Assembly: GCF_000143415.4 (NCBI RefSeq)
Contig: NW_003314272.1
Location: 840,184-904,183 of the forward strand
DNA length: 64,000 bases
Direction of reading: 5' to 3'
Origin: Selaginella moellendorffii
Taxonomy: Eukaryota > Plantae > Lycopodiophyta
How positions within the stretch are numbered: the stretch's first letter is position 1; every line of letters begins with the position of its first letter. Shown here piece by piece: positions 33,341-45,200 of the stretch. The translations under genes and the position numbers were made by a program. The notes under the pieces were generated by a model. That model did not search any database, was not told where the DNA came from, and saw only the letters and a program-made list of their open reading frames with translations.

Positions 33341-34339
33341 GCTATATGCAACTGGTAAATGTGAAAAACATTGTTCTTGCTTGATTTAAGTTTTTCTCTG
33401 CCACTGCTAGGGCAATCCGTATGCAATGTATGATCCTAACAACGAGGTTTTCAATCCCTTGACGCCACCCAACATTGATACGTGAGTAGAGAAGCCATAT
33501 CCATGAACTCTGAGTGTTCTCTAACTTTGCGTTCTGTGCAGCCTCAACGCAGCATATATTGTCATGCACGAGCCATTTCTCGTCGGGCGGCATCTATCGC
33601 TCCCCTGGCTTATTAAACTAAATTTTATAAACTTGTAGTCCAACTTATCACAAATGGTATCCTTTAGAAATTTTATATGTGTAATAATTAAAGGGCTTCA
33701 TACAAGAGATTAAAAATAATTGACACCATCTACAAATACATTAATGCTTTTTCTTGATGTTTTTTCAAATCTTGGACAATCAATTAAAGAACTTTAACTA
33801 CCTTCTATCCTTCTAAAAAAGAAGGGATGATATAAGGTTCAAATGTACAATTACAATGGTATATATTAATATGAGTAGCTATTGAATTAGTTTTAATTTG
33901 GACCATTTACTGTTATATATAAACTAAGGTATTTAGGTTAATTAAAAATGCATATTTTTAAGCATCTAAATCTCATAATTTCTATATAGAAATTTAATCA
34001 TGGAGTGCAATCCTAGCATCCTACATGAACAATGAATATTCTCCAAGATCTTTTAGAAATGGCTAACACTCTCTATACATTCTACCTTAAAATGTGTAAG
34101 AACCCATTACCCACAATAAAATTGTTTGCCTCTCACTCCTGTAAAACCATTGTGGAGGAAAAATAATTAAATCCACTACCAAGAATGATGACACTTTTTG
34201 CTGAGATGGCTTAATCTTATTTCAATTTTGATGATTTGTATTTTGTTAAATATGTTTTAAGTGCTATATAAACACAGAAGCGCAAGTGAAAATATAATCA
34301 CAAATATATTAGGAGAAATTTTGATGGTTTGGAGGGAAT

Positions 34340-34865
34340 GTCAGTGGGTATCTGGAAGGTTCCAAGCATCTGTTTGATAAACGGGTATCTTGCTGAGAGC
34401 ATGAGAGGGTATCTGGATGGTTCCAAGCATCTGTTTGATAAACGGGTATCTTGCTGAGAGCATGATACCTTTGCGATATATGCCCCACACGGGCATCTAG
34501 ATCTCGCGATTTCCACGTTTGATTGCCTACTGGAGTGCGATCCTGGCATCGTGTGTCATCAATGGACGATGTGAGGTCGCGATCGAAAGCTTCGATCTCT
34601 CGGATCGTGTGCTCGTGGGGAGTGGGCGCCGGTCGTGCATCTCGATGAACTTTAGCCGAGCAAGCAGCACCATGCGTGATCACACTTGGGCCAGGTTAAA
34701 GATCTCATCACAAACATGCCATTTGTTCCAGACGCAGATCCTTGCCTGCACGAGCTCCAACTGGGAATCCACGCCACGAAACAAGTCGTGAGTTTGGAGC
34801 CTGGAGATTCGTCGCCTTACATGCTCCTGGCGAACTTGACCACAAAAACCAGGAGCTTCTCTGAG
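34340..34865 (+). pseudogene. Deleted and frameshifted duplicate of the 3' part of the second PPR gene
   Basis: Aligns with about 29420-30115 (KDLITNMPFVPDA..HATKQVVSLEP.DSSPYMLLANLTT); internal ~62-bp tandem repeat at about 34345-34465. Confidence 0.88.
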
Positions 34866-35122
34866 ATCTCGGAGGAGCCCGAGTGGATTCTTTCTTCTCT
34901 TTCGTTATTATCCAGATGAATGGATCGAACTGAGCTGAAACGAGCTCGATCCACTTATGAAAAATCGAAGTGTGCTGACTGTGTCTCTTTGTGTTGATGA
35001 TGTTGGGAGGAAAAATTCGGCCAAACAAACAAAGTTTTCTTCTTCTGAACAATGGTGGGACTGTTTTTTCTCTTCTCCTGCAAAAGAGTAATCTCGAGAG
35101 AAAAATAGCGAAGCTCTCGAGC

Positions 35123-36205
35123 TTACCCAGTGGCTGATCTCTTGACGGCCTTGACGCCGAATGGCATTTGAAACGGCGCCTGGCGCATCACTCCGAGGTA
35201 GTTGTCTTCCTCGAGCTGGTAGCACCACTTCTTGCGGAGAACTTTGTCCTCCTCGATCTCGTCCGAGTACTTCTCATTCTCCTGCGCGTGCACGATTGCC
35301 AGGTTGCTGTAGTTTTCGGCCGACTTCGTGATAAACGAGGTCTCCTCCTCGGTGAGGTTCCTCAGGAACCTGGCCGGGTTTCCAGCCCAGATCTGCGAGG
35401 ACGAGTAGAATCAATCAAAACAAAGTTTTGTTTCTTCTTTTCTGTGACTTACCTCTCCAGAAGGAATGCGGGTGTTTTGCGTGACCAATGAACCAGCTCC
35501 CACCATCGCGCCCTTCTCGACGTAAACTCCATCGAGCAAAGTCGCGCCCATTCCCACAAAGGACTCGTCGTCGACAGTGCAGGCATGAAGCACCGCATTG
35601 TGGCCTAGAAACAAACTTCTCACAAACTTTGGCGATGAAAGGAAAAAAAAAAAGAATAGACGTGCTCACCGATTGTCACTGCGTCGCCTATAATCGTTGG
35701 AGCAACTTTGCCACTCATGCCCGTTCTTGCTACGTGAACGAGAGTATTATCCTGGATATTTGTTCCATAGCCGACTCTTATCTCATTCACATCACCTAAG
35801 TAGCAAAGAACTTAAACACAGGGAAGAACACCAAAAAAAAAATCTCTTTTAGTACCTCTTAGAACGCAGCCATACCAGATGGACGAGCCTCCGGCAACGC
35901 TAACATCCCCAATAAGCGTGGCACTGGGAGCTATAAATACATTCTCCATCACTTCCGGCTTCTTGTCGTAGAGATTCATGAGCGTCCGATGCCTATTCAC
36001 TGCGGCGCGCACCGATCAGTCCCTAGAAATCACTGCGCAGCTAGAACCCTAGCGCGAGAGCCGCAAATATTTCCTGGGAATCGAGTCGAGACTTACATTG
36101 CTCCCGGAAGATGTAGTTGCCTTGAATCCTGCATCCCAGCCGGTCCAGCGCCTGGCCAGTCTCGCGAATCCAGAAGCCGATCTGGTAGAGCGCCCTCCCC
36201 GCCAT
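35123..36205 (-). CDS. Mitochondrial gamma-carbonic anhydrase (complex I subunit), multi-exon
   Basis: [29 protein letters not shown]; NRHRTLMN; [11 protein letters not shown]; LVHVA; [10 protein letters not shown] (all three Zn-ligand His present); hexapeptide repeats. The 3' end could be alternatively spliced. Confidence 0.92.
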
Positions 36206-36379
36206 CGCTCGCCCGCTCCACAGGCTCTGGAAAACCCCTTGAACCTAGACATTCCCGAGAATATGCCAAATCGGGAATGATTCCGTGCACATTCTGTCAG
36301 TCCACAAACGGCGTGCCGTTTGTGGCATATTCTGTTACTCGTAACAGGAATCGAACGCGCGTCATTTACAAAACCGTTT

Positions 36380-36410
36380 GAGCGGTGACGTGGCCCCCTG
36401 GTTATAAGCC
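36380..36410. promoter_or_regulatory. Candidate shared promoter between the divergent gamma-CA and CDI genes
   Basis: TGACGTGGC (ACGT box) followed by TTATAAG within a 322-bp head-to-head spacer. Motif match only. Confidence 0.35.
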
Positions 36411-36527
36411 GTCTCTCTTTGTTTTCTCGCTCGAGTGCTCTTTTGCGTGAGCTCTCTAGCTCTATAGCGGCGATATTTCGGCCGCCGCGATCGATCGATC
36501 TAGCGGGGGGGAGTGAGCGGCGGCGCA

Positions 36528-37361
36528 ATGGCGGCTGGATCCGGATCGCCGACGAGCATTGTGCCCAAGCTCCAGATCTTCATCGGTTACGACCCTAGGG
36601 AGCACGACGCGTTCGAGGTATGCCGCCACTCCATCCTCCGCCACGCCACAATGCCGGTGGAGATCACCCCCATCAAGCAATCCCAGCTGCGCGCCAGCGG
36701 GCTCTACACCCGGACCAAGGATCCCACCGAGAGCACCGAGTTCTCCTTCACGCGCTTCCTCACGCCCTTCCTGGCGGGCTTCCACGGCTGGGCGATGTTC
36801 GTCGACTGCGATTTCCTCTACACGGCCGACGTCCGCGAGCTGGCCGCCCTCATCGACGATCACTACGCGGTGATGTGCGTCCAGCACGACTACACCCCCA
36901 AATCGGCCACCAAGATGGATGGCGTCGTCCAGACGAGCTACCCGCGCAAGAACTGGTCGTCCATGGTGCTCTACAATTGCGCGCACCCCAAGAACAGGAT
37001 CCTGACGCCCGCGCTCGTCAGCTCCCAGACCGGGGCATTCCTCCATCGATTCCTCTGGCTCGACGACGCCGACATTGGATCCATCCCCTTCGTGTGGAAC
37101 TTCCTCGTCGGCCACAACAAGATGGGCGATGGCGCCGGGCTCCCAAAGGCGATCCACTACACATCCGGGGGGCCGTGGTTTGAGGCGTGGAAGGATTGCG
37201 AGTACGCGGAGCTGTGGCTGCGCGAGAGGGAGGATCTCCGGCGCGCCCAAGCGATGATCCACAAGAACGCGGCCGCGATGATCCACAAGGCGGACGATTT
37301 GCTCAAGCTGGAGATGGATGGGAAGGCGTTGGAGGACCGAGTGGCGGAGGTGAGCGCGTGA
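36528..37361 (+). CDS. CDI: CDI-like nucleotide-diphospho-sugar transferase (RG-II galactosyltransferase candidate), intronless
   Basis: IFIGYDPREH; ESTEFSFTRFLTP; WAMFVDCDFLY (DxD); YPRKNWSS; GAFLHRF; WNFLVGHN; AIHYTSGGPWF. Confidence 0.9.
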   Translation: MAAGSGSPTSIVPKLQIFIGYDPREHDAFEVCRHSILRHATMPVEITPIKQSQLRASGLYTRTKDPTESTEFSFTRFLTPFLAGFHGWAMFVDCDFLYTADVRELAALIDDHYAVMCVQHDYTPKSATKMDGVVQTSYPRKNWSSMVLYNCAHPKNRILTPALVSSQTGAFLHRFLWLDDADIGSIPFVWNFLVGHNKMGDGAGLPKAIHYTSGGPWFEAWKDCEYAELWLREREDLRRAQAMIHKNAAAMIHKADDLLKLEMDGKALEDRVAEVSA

Positions 37362-37511
37362 GAGAGATTTTCCCCCCAAATCTAGCGATGGGGAACAAGG
37401 ATTCTTTTCTATGCTCTAGAATAAGCGCTGTTCTTCGTGTAAAATATATTTATACATACACATTGTTTTGGTCTCTAGTGGCTAGGGTTCCTCGCGAAAT
37501 ATTTCGAGGCG

Positions 37512-38390
37512 ATGACGACGATCCGGCGCTTCACCTGCGCGGATCTCTTCCGGATGACGCACATCAACTTCGATCACTTGACGGAGACGGTAAGCTTGTC
37601 CCTCCTCGCAGCGCTACCTAGCTTTGCTTCGATTGGAAGAATGGGATCGATTGATTCTGGCCCTTGTGCTTGTTGCCAGTTTAATATGCATTTCTATCTC
37701 ACTTATCTCTCGCAATGGCCCGACTACTTCCATGTCGCGGAAGCTCCCAATGGACATCTGATGGGATACAGTGAGAACTTTGTTTTTTTTTTTTTTTTTT
37801 CCTCGGAGATGTCTCATTCTTCTTTGTGGCAGTAATGGGGAAAGTGGAAGGCATCGGTGAATCGTGGCATGGGCATGTAACAGCAGTGACTGTAGCTCCA
37901 GAGTACCGCCGGCAGCAATTGGCGATGAAACTCATGAACATTCTGGAGGAAGTCACTGAGAAAACGTGAGTTCTTTCCTTTCTTTTTTTTCTTTTGTTTT
38001 TCCTGCTGTTTTGCTTGCATTGTTCATTGACGAATGATCAACCATGGTTCCAGCTACAATGGCTACTTCGTGGATTTGTTCGTGAGAGCATCCAATACTC
38101 TCGCCATAAGGATGTACAAGAAGGTAACGAGTTTTCTCTTAAAAACCTCCATTGCTCACCGGAAAATCGTTCCTTTGCAGCTGGGATACGTAATATACAG
38201 AAGGGTGATCAAGTACTACTCCGGCGAAGAAGACGCGCTAGGTGCGTTGCTTTTCATTTTTTAAGGAGATGGCCTTCTCTAATTTCTTGCGTTTGCAGAT
38301 ATGCGGAAGCCTATGCCGAGAGATGTGGAGAGAAAATCCATAATCTCGCCTAAGCAGATGGTCACTCCAGAGGAGCTGGAGTACGACTAG
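37512..38390 (+). CDS. NAA20: N-terminal acetyltransferase B catalytic subunit, 6 exons
   Basis: MTTIRRF..NFDHLTET|F..YLSQWPDYF|MGKVEG..WHGHVTAVTVAPEYRRQ|FVDLFVRASN..AI.MY|LGY..YRRV..YYSGEEDAL|DMRK..PEELEYD*. Confidence 0.95.
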
Positions 38391-38426
38391 CAGCTTGCAT
38401 GACCTAATGCAATAGAGTAATAAAAG

Positions 38427-40136
38427 ATGGCGGCCTTTCTGGGGTATCCGAAGCGGAGGGTCTTTATCCATGCAGCGAGCGAGCAGGGGAGCGATGCGCA
38501 AATTCTGGCTACGAAGGTGGCGTTCGTGCCGCCGCCTGCCGAGATCAACGACATTTCGGGTTTGTTCAACTGGTTAGAAGCCAGGCACCAGGTGGAAGAT
38601 GTGCTTACGGTGCGCGGTTGGATGCGGCTTGCGCAGCAAGAGGGGAGTCTGCCGTCCGAGTTCGACTTGCACGCCAGGAGAGCAAAGCAGGAAGTCGTGC
38701 CGACAGGAGTTTGTGAGTGGGGCGATAGCTTGGCCCTCAAAATCGCCCCGTCCAGCATCAACAACGAGAACTATATGCTGCTACAAGGTATAGATCCTAC
38801 AACAGGTCTCCGGCTGCCCAAGATCCCGGCGTTTTCCAACTATCGCCCTCAGCATGCCAAGCCGCCAATACCCTTGACGCTCGCTCATCCAGTGTTTGCA
38901 AGGTTTAAGGATGTTTTCCATGGACAGGGCCAGCAACCGGATAGGAACGATTACAAGTTCTACCTGAAGATAGCAAGTGCGTTTTCAAGCTGTTACACAG
39001 ATGAAGCGGACTACAAGGACGAAGCAGCTGAACTTTGGAAGCAATACACGGGCATCGAATTCACCAACGAGCTTAATACCGGGGGTGGCACTTTGGGGGC
39101 GCGGCTTTTCGCTCTGAAAGCTATTCTGGCAGCACTGGAGGCGAAGTTGGGACCTTTCCGCAGCAAAAGTGATCCGGGAGCACAAGCTCCGCAGTACGTG
39201 CGCCTGTGGAAGGGTAACAGGAAACGATTCTACAACACTTGTTACCCCGCGATTTCCATCGAGCAGCTCGGTACTCTTGTCCGGGTGACTGCTGTAGCAA
39301 CTCTGGATCGCTTCTGCTGCATGCCGCTTACGCCTTTCGTCAACTTCCTGCAACTCCAAGGTGACGATGTCCGAACAGCTGAGCAAGGCGTCCGGTTAAT
39401 CTTGGCTGTGAAGGTTGCATTGACGGAGCTCGCTGCTTTCTACACCAACTTCGAAAGCGGCCCACCGAGGGACTTGTTCTTCAAGAGGAGCACTCCGTAT
39501 CCGCTCCAGAACTGCGCAGCTGTGCCGAGACGTTTCGGAGATAAGCTTGTCTACCTAGTGCAGCATCCTGAAAGGCTTGTTGTCGTCAAGTTCGTGCAGC
39601 GTCCTTATGGGGAAGACGTTCACAGGGCTTGGGCTGCAAGAGGTTATGCCCCTGAGCTCTACGGGGTCTCTCTGCTTCAAGGAGGCTGGTGGCAGGTCAA
39701 GATGCAATATCTGGGAGAGGGTGACGGGTGGAAAGTCTTACAGGCGTGCCCGGATGCGGATGTGCTGAGGCCCAAGGTGCTTGAGGCTCTTGCTGCTGCG
39801 CAGCAGATTCCCGTGACTTCTTCTTCAGCTTCAGGTGAAGTTGGCGTTGGCGGTGGCGTACATGGTGACATGAGGGACGTCAATGTCATGGTGCGCCGCT
39901 CGGCAGATGGTACACTGGACGTGAAGTTCATAGACTTCGACTGGGCTCGGGCCGAGGGATCGACGTCGGCTTACTACCCGCCGTTTATGAATCACCTGCA
40001 GGTTAACTGGCAAGGTGGGGAGGATGGCAAGCCGATGAAGCAGGAGCATGATACTGCTCTGCTGTCGCTGAAGCAAGCGGCCCAGTCGCTCGACGCTATG
40101 GCAAGTCCACCATCGAGTTCGTGGGGACCTTTCTAG
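38427..40136 (+). CDS. Intronless 569-aa protein with a putative restriction-endonuclease-fold region and a C-terminal atypical (fungal/Crinkler-type) kinase-like domain
   Basis: VVVKF, YGEDVH, GYAPELY, GGWWQVKMQYL, VHGDMRDVNVMV, FIDFDWA, YPP..N..VNW, KQEHD; upstream LEAK..SDP..Q..Y and CYPAISI motifs. Confidence 0.8.
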   Translation: MAAFLGYPKRRVFIHAASEQGSDAQILATKVAFVPPPAEINDISGLFNWLEARHQVEDVLTVRGWMRLAQQEGSLPSEFDLHARRAKQEVVPTGVCEWGDSLALKIAPSSINNENYMLLQGIDPTTGLRLPKIPAFSNYRPQHAKPPIPLTLAHPVFARFKDVFHGQGQQPDRNDYKFYLKIASAFSSCYTDEADYKDEAAELWKQYTGIEFTNELNTGGGTLGARLFALKAILAALEAKLGPFRSKSDPGAQAPQYVRLWKGNRKRFYNTCYPAISIEQLGTLVRVTAVATLDRFCCMPLTPFVNFLQLQGDDVRTAEQGVRLILAVKVALTELAAFYTNFESGPPRDLFFKRSTPYPLQNCAAVPRRFGDKLVYLVQHPERLVVVKFVQRPYGEDVHRAWAARGYAPELYGVSLLQGGWWQVKMQYLGEGDGWKVLQACPDADVLRPKVLEALAAAQQIPVTSSSASGEVGVGGGVHGDMRDVNVMVRRSADGTLDVKFIDFDWARAEGSTSAYYPPFMNHLQVNWQGGEDGKPMKQEHDTALLSLKQAAQSLDAMASPPSSSWGPF

Positions 40137-40256
40137 CCTCTCGTATGCCTTTCAGAGAATTCTGGTGAAGGAGTTTACTCCACTTGCTACTGCTCCGTTA
40201 GACTTTGGAATCCGCAATATCCAGGACAGCCTTTACGCCCTTTTGTTTGTCTAGCT

Positions 40257-41486
40257 ATGGCGGCCATTCACGTCTTCTGGCATGATGGGATGCTCAAGCA
40301 CGAGCCGCTTCGTGGGATCTTTGACTCACTCAGCTGCGCAGGGGGTTTGTTGGCTGTCTTGGATCAGCACCCAGAGAACGCAACCCGGGTCCTTAACATC
40401 AAATCCATTCTCGAGAAAGGACCCATCTCTCCTCGGATCGTGTGGCACCAGGGAAGGATGGCAACCATTCAGGAACTTCACCTCTTCCATGACCCAGGTG
40501 GGTTTTTCGAGTCTCATCTCATCTCTTGCAACTCTTACTTAGTTTCTCTTATCACAGATTATATCCAGAAGCTGATCGACGCTGACAAAGCTGGTGGCAC
40601 GACGATCTTTGCTCCTGGAACCTGCTTCAATCCCGGCTCCTGGGAAGCGGCTCTTTTAGCTGCCGGATCCACACTTGACGCTGTGAAGCACGTCCTGGAA
40701 GGTAAGTCGAAGCTGGCCTACGCACTGGTGAGACCTCCAGGCCATCACGCGCAGCCTTCTCGAGCCGACGGCTACTGCTTCCTCAACAATGCCGGACTCG
40801 CCGTCCAGTTTGCTCTCAGCTCCTCTTCTGTAAAAAGAGTAGCAGTGTTGGACATCGACGTGCACTATGGAAACGGAACCGCCGCTGGATTCTACTCGAG
40901 AGACGACGTCTTGACGATCTCGCTCCATATGGATCACGGCCCCTGGGACGAGTCTCACTCCGCCGAGTTCGGGCAGCCGGAAGAAGCTGGCACAGGGAAG
41001 GGAGTCGGATACAACGTTAACATTCCTCTTCCAAACGGGACCGGCGATAGAGGATACCAGCACGCGATGGAGAAACTTGTGGTTCCAAGGCTGGAGAGCT
41101 TCGAGCCGGAGCTGATCGTTGTCACCATGGGCCAGGATTCTAGTGCTGTAAGAGAGCAAGCTTCCTTTTCAGCTAGCTACTAACATTTTCGTTCTTCGCA
41201 GTTTGATCCAAATGGAAGGCAGTGCCTGACAATGAAAGGCTACCGTGTCCTGGGAAGGATGATCCGCGAGCAAGCCGAGAAGCATTCGAGTGGCCGGATG
41301 GTGCTCGTCCAGGAAGGAGGATACCAGCCATGCTACACGGCCTTTTGCGTCCACGCGACGCTCGAGGGTGTTGCGGGGGTGGACGAGGCGCTGCTGGACG
41401 ATCCCATTGCCTACTATCCAGAGGACGAGACATACGCCATCCTCAAAGTGGCCGAGCTCGAGAAAAGACTCCATCAACTTGGTTGA
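40257..41486 (+). CDS. HDA8: HDA8-type histone deacetylase family protein, 3 exons
   Basis: VFWHDGML.H; HPENA.RV.N..SIL.KGPI; RPPGHHA; GYCFLNN; DIDVHYGNGT; GQDSSA|FDPNGR; QEGGY. Confidence 0.92.
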
Positions 41487-41703
41487 AAGATCCAAGAAAA
41501 ATGGAGGTACATTACCATTTCGTGATCTAGAATGCAGCGCTTCCATAACCCTCGTGATCTTGTGCGCTAGGATTGTCAGCAAAGATTGCAAGAGCCTAGA
41601 ACACACCGAGAAGAAAAAAAATACAAAGATTCCAAGTCCGCGCGGCGAGAGCTTATTCCACAGGCAAAATGTGGCCAAAGAGATCTTACTCTCTCTCTCT
41701 CCC

Positions 41704-42207
41704 TCACGCCGAGGCCTCCGCCGCCGCCTTGGACTCCGCCGGCGCTGCCTTGGCTGCCGCCGCCTTGGCTCTAGCTTCTCGGGCCTCCCGGGCTCCGCCG
41801 ACCTGGTATCCCCCATCTGGGCGATCCTTCTCCTCCTCCCAGATGCCGCGCTTGGGACCTAACACCCACGCCCGGGGCAGGGGCATCTCGTCGATAAACT
41901 TCTTGACGAACTGGATGTGCTCGGGGTTGTGGGGATCGTACTCGTAGTCGAGCTTGACGGGCGGCGCGACGCGGTGGGTCTCGCGAGTGTGGTACCTGAT
42001 GTCGAAGATGCGGTCGGGCTCCGTCTGCGGTATGATGGGCGTCACGTCGGGCGTGGCGGGCGACATGCGGCGGTACTCAGTCGCCTTCTGGTTCGCCTCC
42101 ACGTACTCGGGGTGCGATGTCGGCCCCGTGAACTCCCACGGCTTCTTGACGACCTTACGGATCATCTTCCATACCGTCTTCCCTATCTCCTGGGCCTTCT
42201 CCTTCAT
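41704..42207 (-). CDS. Mitochondrial complex I subunit B14.5a/NDUFA7-like
   Basis: KKPWEFTGPTSHPEY....KATEYR..SPAT....IIP...P..IFDIRY matches plant B14.5a. Confidence 0.82.
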   Translation of the reverse strand: MKEKAQEIGKTVWKMIRKVVKKPWEFTGPTSHPEYVEANQKATEYRRMSPATPDVTPIIPQTEPDRIFDIRYHTRETHRVAPPVKLDYEYDPHNPEHIQFVKKFIDEMPLPRAWVLGPKRGIWEEEKDRPDGGYQVGGAREAREARAKAAAAKAAPAESKAAAEASA

Positions 42208-42208
42208 C

Positions 42209-42209
<1 letters not shown>

Positions 42210-42243
<34 letters not shown>
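42210..42243 (+). repeat. (TC)n microsatellite directly upstream of the B14.5a start codon
   Basis: About 17 dinucleotide units. Confidence 0.92.
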
Positions 42244-42250
<7 letters not shown>

Positions 42251-45200
42251 TCTCTCGCCCTAATTATAAATCTTCATAAAATATTTTAATCACAATGCAA
42301 AGGTAACGAACAAATAATAAAGAACTATGGTGGTGCAAACCATTAATTTAAGTGTGTCTTACATTTAACAATAATGTAAATACTCTTTTCATGTAAAAGG
42401 ATATTTCTAAATAAATTAAATATTTAATAAGAATAATTATCATTCAATACACATATGGCCAGGGCTCCAAAGAAGGATGGCATATCATTGCTATATCAAT
42501 ATATTGATATAGTTAAATTCATTATAAACTAGGTAAAATTTAATTTAAATCTCAAACAATGAATATATAATTGCATAAAGGTGCATCTTTTATTTACAGA
42601 TGTGTGGATATATATTTTTTCAATTGCACACACTATTATAATCTATATAATCACTATAATAGCAATCAAAACATGATTATGTATGCATTATAATATTTGC
42701 ATTGGCCATGCTATGCATATAGGGGCCATGCAATGTGAACACTTCATCCATGTGTGAAACCATGTCATCCCCTGTTTTATGACAGCAGGATTGCATGCTT
42801 CCAACATGCTATACACCACAATCTTTGTCAATCTGTTAGTAACCTTATTTACTGTATATTGTTGCTGTAGGATTTTACTCCTCTAGATCATTCTTGGTGT
42901 AGAGCTTGAGTGCCAATTGTAATATGTGTGGCATTTGCAATTCTTTCTATTATGAGGTAGAGATTGGTGAAACTCTAGATCAACACCCAACTGCATTTAA
43001 CTGTTGAAACATTGCAATTATATGCTCAATGCATTAAAAGGCTTAATCACATGCTCTAGTGCAGTAGTGGTGTCATTGAACTGGCATAACTTGTAGTGGA
43101 TAATAACTAGTGCATGGAGGCTTATGGCCAACATTATTTTAGCAGGCAATGTCTATAATGCTCGGTTTAAGTGCATTTCTAATCCAATTGAATTTCACCA
43201 TGCATTTTTGCCATTTTTGCCAAACTTAAAAGGCAAAGAAGAAGATGCTTATATAGCAAATAAACTGATGTAGATTAGGAATTCACATATGGCTATGTAT
43301 GCTAATATATATATATGCCTTGAACAAAAGGTAATATCCAAAAGATTATTTTATAAGTCACATATTGTGTTTAAACAATTCAAGCACACATGTCTTTTAA
43401 ATTTATAAATCTTACAAGATAATAAACTTTTTTGCCAAGATGCCCACATTAGGTATACCTCCTTTGGGAAATATACCTCCCCCCAAACATGCAATCACAA
43501 ATTTCTTGTTATATGACATGGCAACACAAAGTTTAATATTTATCCTTTATTATAAAATTGAATAAAGTTTTGGTTTGCTTAACCAAACCTATGGTAGTGG
43601 ATATACCTAAGATATGATTGAATATTCTAGGATATTCTACCATCTTATTCATTTAGATTAATCTTGTATTTATAATTTATAAACATGTTTATAACTTATA
43701 ATCTTTCTTAAACCCTTTCAAGGATATTCTTTTTTATATTACATCTCAATAAGATTAATCTTGTGTTTATAAATTACAAAGACACTTATAATTATAAACT
43801 TTAGTTGATCAATTGAATTAATAAGTAAAAATAACACTACTATTAAGCAAACCAATGCTTAAAAATTTATTTATTGTGATAGGTAAACTTAATTTCAAAA
43901 GAATTAGAGAAAAGTTTAAGAGAAAATATGATTATGTGCATTATAAAATTATGTAAAATCGAAACAAAATATATCTGTATATATGTAAATAAAGGATGCA
44001 CCTATGTGCAATCACATATTTATTTCCATAAACATCTAAGTATTGGACATTGCCATGCGTATAGGGCATGCCACATGCACAAACACTTTATGCCACATAT
44101 GCAACCATGTCATCTCCCCTCTTTTGATAGTAGGATCATGCACTTCTAGCACACTAGAAGGATAAGTAATAAACTTATATATATATATAAATTTTTTAAA
44201 GGTTTTCTAGTTTACAAAACTCTTATAAAAGAAATTATATATAAGTTAGTAAGATGGTAAGAAATAAAACTAATGTGATTCCTAATCAAGGGAATTACAA
44301 TATGATAATAATGCTAATAGTTATCCATTCTAAACAATTAGAAGATCCATAAACCCTTTATCATAATTTTACTATTATCTAAACTTTAATTAAATTTAGA
44401 ATTAGTGTGAAATATAAAAATATTTTAAAAGTTCTAATTAAGAAACATAATAAACTTATTCTATTATTTAAAATTATAGAAATTAATTTGTTGATATCAA
44501 GTGTTTCTAATTATTTATAAAACAAATACTTAGTTATTCTTTTTTAAGTACTTATAAACAGTATTTAGAATCTTATCTATTTTTTATTTTTTACACTTGA
44601 TAAGTTTATTTGATTATCAAGGATGATATGAGTCTAAATAAACTCTTTTGGTCAAATAATGATCAACCCCAAAGTGGTTGATAGTGATGCTAATTTATTT
44701 GCACATAACAACATTGAAATAGATTTGACAAAGTTTTCAATGATGATCCATTTTATGTAAAACTTTAATTGATACCTTAGAGTTGCACATTGAATTTTGG
44801 AAAAGGTCTTGCTATGGTTTGTTAGTTTAACATTAGCACTTGAAGTAAATTATTGGATGGAAATAATTGAGGTATTGACGTTTTTAGCACTTGTGTTAGT
44901 AAAAGTGGCATTATTATGTTGAGTGATGAAGAATTTTCCTTAGAGCTTGATTTTTCATATTATTTTTCTTATTAATGTTTCAATTCCACATTTGATCTTA
45001 AAGATGATTGAAAAAGATTGTTAATGCAATATGGATATCTGAAGTTATGGTTTTTGTGATTAAGATTTTGGATATTTATTTTGTATTTATGATGTCAGTT
45101 TTAGATATTGAGTATATAGGCATTTTGGTAAACGCTCATGTATTTTATTAGGTCATGAGAACTTGTGTTGAAGTGAACCTATATGAATTTGTAAGTAGGA

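Noticed and set aside
33342-33593. Short minus-strand ORF in a more GC-rich patch
   Set aside because: No recognisable motif; lies at the end of a gypsy remnant.
16124-37361. Cell-wall glycosyltransferase or biosynthetic gene cluster (FUT, CDI, AAE3, HPPD-like)
   Set aside because: The genes belong to unrelated pathways and are interspersed with regulatory and housekeeping genes.
35123-42207. Two complex I subunit genes within 7 kb as a functional cluster
   Set aside because: Separated by four unrelated genes; plausible by chance in a gene-dense region.
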